Part shown: in pieces, positions 54,093 to 64,000 of the stretch
Position numbering within the stretch: position 1 is the stretch's first letter
How the letters are laid out: each line of letters begins with the position of its first letter
Assembly: GCA_964016885.1 (NCBI GenBank)
Contig: OZ024741.1
Span: 403,248,001-403,312,000, forward strand
Length of the DNA: 64,000 nucleotides
Direction of reading: 5' to 3'
Source of the DNA: Eledone cirrhosa
Taxonomy: Eukaryota
Made by a program: the position numbers and the translations under genes
Notes under the pieces: generated by a model
Seen by the model: only the letters and a program-made list of their open reading frames with translations
What the model was told of the DNA's origin: nothing
Databases searched by the model: none

Positions 54093-54314
54093 CTTAAAAG
54101 TAGTGAGATGGATATAATCGATTACAGCCCTTCTCAAACGTACCTGTGATCGGAACCATCTTAAGAGTGAGGCACATTATAGTGTAAAATTAAGATCTCC
54201 AGAACCAGATATCACGACTATTTTTCGGTCTCCTATTGAAATAATCTTTACTATACGCATGATTTAATATCAAAGTTTTATTTCTTTTTCTCTCTCTTTC
54301 ATTTTGACCCCTAT

Positions 54315-54735
54315 GAAATCAATGGGAGACGATAGATTTTCATCTTGCATGGTCACAAACCCCACCACAGACCAGTACCCAGGTCATGCCTATTTTTGCC
54401 AGGTTTTCCTCCACAGATCTCAACCAAGTTTTGACAGGTCTGCCCTTATACGCTCCTTTCTATCGGATACTCAGTTCGGTTCTTTCCATCAACTCTACAT
54501 GTGTTATGTACGTCAAGAAATTCTAGATAAAGTCCTAAGGCCACGTCTATGGAGGATATCTTCAGTTCTGTAGATTCTACTGGGTTTCCTTTCATGGCTC
54601 GCAAACATAAGTCACTGCTGACACGACCATTAACATAGACAGGTGGAGCTTTGTGTTTTGCCTGATAGAGACGTCGGACCACACAGGCTTCAGGCACTGA
54701 AAGACAGCTGTACTTCTGCCAAATCTCTTCAACAT
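54315..54735 (-). pseudogene. Decayed RTE LINE C-terminal region
   Basis: Minus-strand pieces RFGRSTAVFQCLKPVWSDVSIRQNTKLHL, SAVTYVCE, HRRGLRTLSRIS, KGRPVKTWLRSVEENLAKIGMTW; frameshifts and stops. Confidence 0.8.
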
Positions 54736-54867
54736 ACCAATATCTGAGTTTATTAATTTCGTCTATTTCGTGTGGCTAGTAAAAACTAATTAATCTGTCA
54801 CGTAAGCATTTATTTTTTTAAAAGTTCGTCGCTAATGTGAAGATTTCAGAAGGTTCTGGTATAAATA

Positions 54868-55100
54868 ATGGTTTCTTATTTAAGCACAAGGCCAACAATG
54901 TTTTGGAGTGGGTGGGGTGGTGGTGGGGTGTCGATTAAATCGACCCCAGTGCGTTACTGCTACTTTATTTTATTAACCGTGTAAGATGAAAGGCAAAGCT
55001 AACCTCGGCGGGATTTGAACTCAGAATGTAAAGAGCTCTAACTACATGCCACAAAGCATGTTGTCCAACGCTCTACCGATTACTGTTGATCTACCAACCT
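54868..55100 (-). mobile_element. Main SINE copy
   Basis: Reverse complement of the full SINE. Confidence 0.88.
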
Positions 55101-55484
55101 CGGCTCTGGTATAAATAATTGCAGTAATAAACGATGACAGTACAACACTGGCGTGGTTTATTGTATAAATAGTTCTAATTATGTAAATTAGTAATTCGGA
55201 ACAACACAAAACAAAAAACTCCCTTTTTTTCTAGAAAAAAAGGGAGTTAATTATATTGTTGGTTACATTTTTTTAGGAAGTAGTTTTATTAAAGTCCACT
55301 CGAACGATACTATGAGGTACTTAGATACAAGAAACCCGAGTGAATCAACATTCCAGGCGAACTGATGATTGTCAGCATGATCTTAAAGGAATTAATCTAA
55401 AGGGATTTATTTATAGGGATTTATCTAATAGACTGAATTCATGAGATTATTTTAGATTTAACTAAATCAGGGCCAGATCGAGTG

Positions 55485-55603
55485 AAGGTCGGCTGAAAAG
55501 TTCTTAGACTGACCAAGATATTCTCATGGAATGATAATAAGATTTCACAGCTCTAGCATCACTCCGTTATAGTCAGCCTATGAACGTTTTAACAGCTGAC
55601 CCT
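55485..55603. mobile_element. Short mariner-type MITE with both TIRs
   Basis: ggtcggctgaaaagttcttagactgac ... gtcagcctatgaacgttttaacagctgacc. Confidence 0.7.
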
Positions 55604-55991
55604 AAAATTCCTCTTTGTCTTTCTGTTGTTTTTCCTCAGACCAAATTAAAGCCGTCCCAGTCGTAACCATTCCACATCGTCTTTGAAACACTCAAACAGT
55701 GAATTTAGTATTATAGCATCTAATTGATACGTTCTTTTTTACGTGTGTAAGTTACGGAATTTTATGAGATGTAGCAGCTATTTCTTGCATGTTAAACTAC
55801 TTTGTAGAGGTTCCTTCGCCAGAGCACCATGTCATTCTGTTTAATGTTACAAATTAGGAATGGAAGGAAGTGTAGTGTGTCATTTGTCCAAAGACAGATG
55901 ACAAGACTAAGGAAATTACATGGCATTCAGTTATCTGAATGGCAACATTTCAATTAAAGAAGAAGCTTCCACAGATTCTTTACTGTGATTA

Positions 55992-56635
55992 TGGTGGATT
56001 GGCAGTATCGGTAGAGAGTCGGACGCCATGCCTTGCAGCATAGAGTTGCGACCCTTGCCATTCTGAGTTCAAATCCCGCCGAGGTTAACTTTGCCTTTCA
56101 TCCTTACGGGATCGATAAAATAAAGTACCAGTAATGCACTGGGTATTTGCTGGCCTTGTGCCAAATGTAGAAACAATTATTATAGAAATCATTAAGGATG
56201 GTGGACTGGCAGAATCAGTAGAACGTCGGACAACATGCTTTACGGCATATAGTTACGTCCCTTTAAGTTCTGAGTTCAAATCCCGCCAAGGTTAGCTTTG
56301 CTTTTCATCCATTACGTGGTCGATAAAATAAAGTACCAGTAACACACTGGTGTCGATTTAATCGACTTTTCCCTACCCCAAAATGTTTGGCCTTGAGCCT
56401 ACAATCAGAAACCATTATTATGGATTGGCAGTATCAGTAGAGGGTCGGACGCCATGCTTTGCAGCATAGAGTTACGGCCCTTTACGGTCTGAGTTCAAAT
56501 CCCGCCGAGGTCAACTTTGCCTTTCATCCTTACAGGGTCGATAAAATAAAGTACCAGTTATGCACTGGAATCGATTTAATCGGCTTTTCCCTCCCCACGA
56601 AAATTGCTGGCCTTGTGCCGAAAATAGAAACTAGT
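55992..56635 (+). mobile_element. Three head-to-tail main SINE copies
   Basis: Well preserved heads, B boxes and cores. Confidence 0.92.
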
Positions 56636-56707
56636 ATGAAAGCACCAGTTACAGAAATTTGACTATCGCCTATTTAAGGCGGTCAATTTTAGTAGCACCA
56701 GCAAGAT

Positions 56708-56779
56708 GGTTCCATGGTGTAATGGTTAGCACTCTGGACTCTGAATCCAGCGATCCGACTTCAAGTCTCGGTCGAACCT
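56708..56779 (+). tRNA. tRNA-Gln-CTG: tRNA-Gln(CTG), probably defective
   Basis: Canonical metazoan tRNA-Gln sequence, but with G>C at the T-stem/B-box G (ccgaCttc) and an acceptor-stem mismatch (gtCgaacc). Confidence 0.85.
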
Positions 56780-57061
56780 AAAAAATGCTTCGCTTTTATT
56801 TATATTTTACATAATAGTGGTCGAATAAAACTACTTTTTTTTTTCAAATATACACCGTAAAAATAAAAGAAAAGAGACACAACTCAAAAGAAAAACATCT
56901 CTATGTCCCAGTAAAGTACTGGGGTCAATCTAGTCGACGTTTCTCTCCCCCATGAAATTGTTGGACTTGTGCCAAAAATAGAAACCCTAATTAAAACGCC
57001 TGTTACAGAAATGAGACTATCAACTATTTAAAAGGGTAAATTAAAGTCAGGCCAGCAAGAT

Positions 57062-57133
57062 GGTTCTATGGTGTAATGGTTAGCACTCTGGACTCTGAAT
57101 CCAGCGATCCGAGTTCAAGTCTCGGTAGAACCT
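57062..57133 (+). tRNA. tRNA-Gln-CTG: tRNA-Gln(CTG), intact
   Basis: 72 nt cloverleaf, anticodon CTG, fully paired acceptor stem ggttcta/tagaacc, upstream tatttaa and downstream tttt. Confidence 0.95.
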
Positions 57134-57524
57134 GAAAAATGTGGCACTTTTATTTCTTTATATTTTACATAATAGTGGTCGAATAAAACTACTTTTTTAT
57201 TCAAATACACGCCGTAAAAAAACCTATACTGATCCCACCACACCGCCAAAATAAAGTAAAATAAATCGTACATATGCTGACAAATGAAATGTATGTTTGA
57301 TCCCATCTGCATAATGATATCTACCGGAAGATATAAAACAATCAGTTATCTCCCCATGATATAAAATAATGATAATGTAGTTCTGTTGTTTCACTTCTGT
57401 TATTTTCTCTGTAATATCACACAAAAGCCACCGTGGTTAGCTTTACCTTTCATCGTTACGGGTTCGATAAAGTACCAATAATATACTGGGGTCTATGTAA
57501 TCGACTTTTACACCCCCCCTATCC

Positions 57525-58005
57525 AAGTGCAATTACTGGTACTTTATTTTATCCACCCCATAAGGATCAAAGGCAAAGTTAACCTCGGCGGGATTTGAAC
57601 TCAGACCATAAAGGGCTGTAACTCTATGCGTCGAAGCATGGCGTCCGACCCTCTACCGATACTGCCAATTGTAGATACATTACTTATAGACTCAATTACA
57701 CCATGCTTTGAAAAACAACATGGTTTGCGGTATATAGTTACATTCCTTTACTGTCTGAGCTGAAATCTCGCCGAGGATAGCGTTACCTTTCATCGAGGAA
57801 TCAAGAATGGAACAATCAACAATACTTTGTGGCATTTACTTTGGTCCCTTTACGTTCTGAGTTCAAATCCCACCGAGGTTAGCTTTGCCTTCCATTCTTA
57901 CGTGGACGAGAATATAAAGTACCAGTAACGCTCTGGGGTTGATTTAATCGACTTTGGCCTCCCCATGAAATTGTTGGCCTTGTGCCAAAAATAGAAACCC
58001 TTATT
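57525..58005. mobile_element. Main SINE copies (minus 57525-57670; plus fragments 57715-58005)
   Basis: Same core motifs. Confidence 0.85.
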
Positions 58006-58062
58006 AAAGCGCCTGTTACAGAAATAAGACTATCACCTATTTAAAATGGTAAATTAATGTCA

Positions 58063-58105
58063 CCTCTGAATCCAGCGATCCGTGTTTAAGTCTCGGCAGG
58101 ACCTC
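58063..58105 (+). pseudogene. tRNA-Gln pseudogene, 3' half only
   Basis: ctctgaatccagcgatccgtgtttaagtctcggcaggacct with the same upstream and downstream flanks as the two full copies. Confidence 0.85.
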
Positions 58106-58161
58106 AAACATGCTGCCCTTTTATTTATATTTTACATAATGGTGGTCAAATAAAATTACTG

Positions 58162-61100
58162 TTTAACCCAGGTAGTGACTACTATCTTTAAACCAGATAG
58201 TGACTATCTTTAACCCAGGTAGGGACTACTATCTTTAACCCAGGTAGGGACTACTATCTTTAACCCAGGTAGGGACTACTATCTTTAACCCAGGTAGTGA
58301 CTATCTTTAACCCAGGTAGTGACTATCTTTAACCCAGGTAGGGACTACTATCTTTAACCCTGGTAGGGACTACTATCTTTAACCCAGGTAGGGACTACTA
58401 TCTTTAACCCAGGTAGTGACTACTATCTTTAACCCAGGTAGTGACTATCTTTAACCCAGGTAGGGACTACTATCTTTAACCCTGGTAGGGACTACTATCT
58501 TTAACCCAGGTAGTGACTACTATCTTTAACCCAGGTAGGGACTACTATCTTTAACCCAGGTAGGGACTACTATCTTTAACCCAGGTAGTGACTACTATCT
58601 TTAACCCAGGTAGGGACTACTATCTTTAACCCAGGTAGGGACTACTATCTTTAACCCAGGTAGTGACTACTATCTTTAACCCAGGTAGTGACTATCTTTA
58701 ACCCAGGTAGGGACTACTATCTTTAACCCTGGTAGGGACTACTATCTTTAACCCAGGTAGTGACTACTATCTTTAACCCAGGTAGGGACTACTATCTTTA
58801 ACCCTGGTAGGGACTACTATCTTTAACCCAGGTAGTGACTTCTATCTTTAACCCAGGTAGTGACTATCTTTAACCCAGGTAGTGACTACTATCTTTAACC
58901 CAGGTAGGGACTATTATCTTTAACCCAGGTAGTGACTACTATCTTTAACCCAGGTAGGGACTACTATCTTTAACCCAGGTAGTGACTACTACCTTTAACC
59001 CAGGTAGGGACTATTATCTTTAACCCAGGTAGTGACTACTATCTTTAACCCAGGTAGTGACTACTACCTTTAACCCAGGTAGGGACTATCTTTAACCCAG
59101 GTAGGGACTATTATCTTTAACCCAGGTAGTGACTACTATCTTTAACCCAGGTAGTGACTACTATCTTTAACCCAGGTAGTGACTATCTTTAACCCAGGTA
59201 GGGACTATTATCTTTAACCCAGGTAGTGACTACTATCTTTAACCCAGGTAGTGACTTCTATCTTTAACCCAGGTAGGGACTACTATCTTTAACCCAGGTA
59301 GTGACTTCTATCTTTAACCCAGGTAGTGACTATCTTTAACCCAGGTAGGGACTATTATCTTTAACGCAGGTAGTGACTACTACCTTTAACCCAGGTAGTG
59401 ACTATCTTTAACCCAGGTAGTGACTACTATCTTTAACCCAGGTAGTGACTATCTTTAACCCAGGTAGGGACTATTATCTTTAACCCAGGTAGTGACTACT
59501 ATCTTTAACCCAGGTAGGGACTACTATCTTTAACCCAGGTAGGGACTATCTTTAACCCAAGTAGGGACTACTATCTTTAACCCAGGTAGTGACTACTACC
59601 TTTAACCCAGGTAGTGACTATCTTTAACCCAAGTAGGGACTACTATCTTTAACCCAGGTAGTGACTACTACCTTTAACCCAGGTAGTGACTATCTTTAAC
59701 CCAGGTAGTGACTACTATCTTTAACCCAGGTAGTGACTATCTTTAACCCAGGTAGGGACTATTATCTTTAACCCAGGTAGTGACTACTATCTTTAACCCA
59801 GGTAGGGACTACTATCTTTAACCCAGGTAGGGACTACTATCTTTAACCCAGGTAGTGACTATCTTTAACCCAGGTAGTGACTACTATCTTTAACCCAGGT
59901 AGGGACTATTATCTTTAACCCAGGTAGTGACTACTATCTTTAACCCAGGTAGGGACTACTATCTTTAACCCAGGTAGTGACTACTATCTTTAACCCAGGT
60001 AGTGACTATCTTTAACCCAGGTAGGGACTACTATCTTTAACCCTGGTAGGGACTACTATCTTTAACCCAGGTAGTGACTACTATCTTTAACCCAGGTAGT
60101 GACTATCTTTAACCCAGGTAGGGACTACTATCTTTAACCCAGGTAGGGACTACTATCTTTAACCCAGGTAGTGACTACTATCTTTAACCCAGGTAGTGAC
60201 TATCTTTAACCCAGGTAGGGACTACTATCTTTAACCCTGGTAGGGACTACTATCTTTAACCCAGGTAGTGACTACTATCTTTAACCCAGGTAGGGACTAC
60301 TATCTTTAACCCTGGTAGGGACTACTATCTTTAACCCAGGTAGTGACTTCTATCTTTAACCCAGGTAGTGACTATCTTTAACCCAGGTAGTGACTACTAT
60401 CTTTAACCCAGGTAGGGACTATTATCTTTAACCCAGGTAGTGACTACTATCTTTAACCCAGGTAGGGACTACTATCTTTAACCCAGGTAGTGACTACTAC
60501 CTTTAACCCAGGTAGGGACTATTATCGTTAACCCAGGTAGTGACTACTATCTTTAACCCAGGTAGTGACTACTACCTTTAACCCAGGTAGGGACTATCTT
60601 TAACCCAGGTAGGGACTATTATCTTTAACCCAGGTAGTGACTACTATCTTTAACCCAGGTAGTGACTACTATCTTTAACCCAGGTAGTGACTATCTTTAA
60701 CCCAGGTAGGGACTATTATCTTTAACCCAGGTAGTGACTACTATCTTTAACCCAGGTAGTGACTTCTATCTTTAACCCAGGTAGGGACTACTATCTTTAA
60801 CCCAGGTAGTGACTTCTATCTTTAACCCAGTTAGTGACTATCTTTAACCCAGGTAGAGACTATTATCTTTAACGCAGGTAGTGACTACTACCTTTAACCC
60901 AGGTAGTGACTATCTTTAACCCAAGTAGGGACTACTATCTTTAACCCAGGTAGTGACTACTACATTTAACCCAGGTAGTGACTATCTTTAACCCAAGTAG
61001 GGACTACTATCTTTAACCCAGGTAGTGACTACTACCTTTAACCCAGGTAGTGACTATCTTTAACCCAAGTAGGAACTACTATCTTTAACCCAGGTAGTGA

Positions 61101-64000
61101 CTACTACCTTTAACCCAGGTAGTGACTATCTTTAACCCAGGTAGTGACTACTATCTTTAACCCAGGTAGTGACTATCTTTAACCCAGGTAGGGACTATTA
61201 TCTTTAACCCAGGTAGTGACTACTATCTTTAACCCAGGTAGGGACTACTATCTTTAACCCAGGTAGGGACTACTATCTTTAACCCAGGTAGTGACTATCT
61301 TTAACCCAGGTAGTGACTACTATCTTTAACCCAGGTAGGGACTACTATCTTTAACCCAGGTAGGGACTACTATCTTTAACCCAGGTAGTGACTATCTTTA
61401 ACCCAGGTAGGGACTACTATCTTTAACCCAAGTAGTGACTACTATCTTTAACCCAGGTAGGGACTATCTTTAACCCAGGTAGGGACTACTATCTTTAACC
61501 CAGGTAGTGACTACTATCTTTAACCCAGGTAGGGACTACTATCTTTAACCCAGGTAGTGACTACTACCTTTAACCCAGGTAGGGACTATTATCTTTAACC
61601 CAGGTAGTGACTACTATCTTTAACCCAGGTAGTGACTATCTTTAACCCAGGTAGGGACTACTATCTTTAACCCTGGTAGGGACTACTATCTTTAACCCAG
61701 GTAGTGACTACTATCTTTAACCCAGGTAGGGACTACTATCTTTAACCCTGGTAGGGACTACTATCTTTAACCCAGGTAGTGACTTCTATCTTTAACCCAG
61801 GTAGTGACTATCTTTAACCCAGGTAGTGACTACTATCTTTAACCCAGGTAGGGACTATTATCTTTAACCCAGGTAGTGACTACTATCTTTAACCCAGGTA
61901 GGGACTACTATCTTTAACCCAGGTAGTGACTACTACCTTTAACCCAGGTAGGGACTATTATCTTTAACCCAGGTAGTGACTACTATCTTTAACCCAGGTA
62001 GTGACTACTACCTTTAACCCAGGTAGGGACTATCTTTAACCCAGGTAGGGACTATTATCTTTAACCCAGGTAGTGACTACTATCTTTAACCCAGGTAGTG
62101 ACTACTATCTTTAACCCAGGTAGTGACTATCTTTAACCCAGGTAGGGACTATTATCTTTAACCCAGGTAGTGACTACTATCTTTAACCCAGGTAGTGACT
62201 TCTATCTTTAACCCAGGTAGGGACTACTATCTTTAACCCAGGTAGTGACTTCTATCTTTAACCCAGGTAGTGACTATCTTTAACCCAGGTAGGGACTATT
62301 ATCTTTAACGCAGGTAGTGACTACTACCTTTAACCCAGGTAGTGACTATCTTTAACCCAGGTAGTGACTACTATCTTTAACCCAGGTAGTGACTATCTTT
62401 AACCCAGGTAGGGACTATTATCTTTAACCCAGGTAGTGACTACTATCTTTAACCCAGGTAGGGACTACTATCTTTAACCCAGGTAGGGACTATCTTTAAC
62501 CCAAGTAGGGACTACTATCTTTAACCCAGGTAGTGACTACTACCTTTAACCCAGGTAGTGACTATCTTTAACCCAAGTAGGGACTACTATCTTTAACCCA
62601 GGTAGTGACTACTACCTTTAACCCAGGTAGTGACTATCTTTAACCCAGGTAGTGACTACTATCTTTAACCCAGGTAGTGACTATCTTTAACCCAGGTAGG
62701 GACTATTATCTTTAACCCAGGTAGTGACTACTATCTTTAACCCAGGTAGGGACTACTATCTTTAACCCAGGTAGGGACTACTATCTTTAACCCAGGTAGT
62801 GACTATCTTTAACCCAGGTAGTGACTACTATCTTTAACCCAGGTAGGGACTATTATCTTTAACCCAGGTAGTGACTACTATCTTTAACCCAGGTAGGGAC
62901 TACTATCTTTAACCCAGGTAGTGACTACTATCTTTAACCCAGGTAGTGACTATCTTTAACCCAGGTAGGGACTACTATCTTTAACCCTGGTAGGGACTAC
63001 TATCTTTAACCCAGGTAGTGACTACTATCTTTAACCCAGGTAGTGACTATCTTTAACCCAGGTAGGGACTACTATCTTTAACCCAGGTAGGGACTACTAT
63101 CTTTAACCCAGGTAGTGACTACTATCTTTAACCCAGGTAGTGACTATCTTTAACCCAGGTAGGGACTACTATCTTTAACCCTGGTAGGGACTACTATCTT
63201 TAACCCAGGTAGTGACTACTATCTTTAACCCAGGTAGGGACTACTATCTTTAACCCTGGTAGGGACTACTATCTTTAACCCAGGTAGTGACTTCTATCTT
63301 TAACCCAGGTAGTGACTATCTTTAACCCAGGTAGTGACTACTATCTTTAACCCAGGTAGGGACTATTATCTTTAACCCAGGTAGTGACTACTATCTTTAA
63401 CCCAGGTAGGGACTACTATCTTTAACCCAGGTAGTGACTACTACCTTTAACCCAGGTAGGGACTATTATCGTTAACCCAGGTAGTGACTACTATCTTTAA
63501 CCCAGGTAGTGACTACTACCTTTAACCCAGGTAGGGACTATCTTTAACCCAGGTAGGGACTATTATCTTTAACCCAGGTAGTGACTACTATCTTTAACCC
63601 AGGTAGTGACTACTATCTTTAACCCAGGTAGTGACTATCTTTAACCCAGGTAGGGACTATTATCTTTAACCCAGGTAGTGACTACTATCTTTAACCCAGG
63701 TAGTGACTTCTATCTTTAACCCAGGTAGGGACTACTATCTTTAACCCAGGTAGTGACTTCTATCTTTAACCCAGGTAGTGACTATCTTTAACCCAGGTAG
63801 AGACTATTATCTTTAACGCAGGTAGTGACTACTACCTTTAACCCAGGTAGTGACTATCTTTAACCCAAGTAGGGACTACTATCTTTAACCCAGGTAGTGA
63901 CTACTACATTTAACCCAGGTAGTGACTATCTTTAACCCAAGTAGGGACTACTATCTTTAACCCAGGTAGTGACTACTACCTTTAACCCAGGTAGTGACTA
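58162..64000. repeat. 25/22 bp satellite (tttaacccaggtagKgacta[cta]tc) running off the window end
   Basis: Two length variants differ by one cta; 2944 bp higher-order duplication. Confidence 0.98.

Overview
AT-rich, repeat-dominated eukaryotic DNA with no intact protein-coding gene. The SINE repertoire and microsatellite load suggest an octopus/cephalopod genome (inference). Almost every ORF in the supplied track is a repeat artefact. Contents: six satellite/minisatellite arrays (31, 29, 22, 61 and 25/22 bp units plus a 10.7 kb CCAA-based complex array), about 25 copies of one tRNA-derived SINE, two inverted Helitron-like copies, mariner-type MITEs, decayed RTE and R4-like LINE 3' fragments, a small tRNA-Gln(CTG) cluster and two possible minus-strand exons. 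The most interesting part is 24.9-33.8 kb. There a (TA)n-rich stretch hosts a series of unrelated short fold-back elements built as inverted arm - spacer - direct arm - 3' tail. Several carry recognisable type I hammerhead ribozyme (HHR) folds: three families with complete cores present on both strands, plus truncated or decayed ones. One has a 468 bp tandem unit, as expected for a non-autonomous Penelope-like element or retrozyme. Two large satellites can be traced to host elements: the 31-mer lies inside a hAT-like MITE and the 29-mer is the amplified Pol III A-box of the SINE. All calls are from reading the sequence by eye; none is database-verified.
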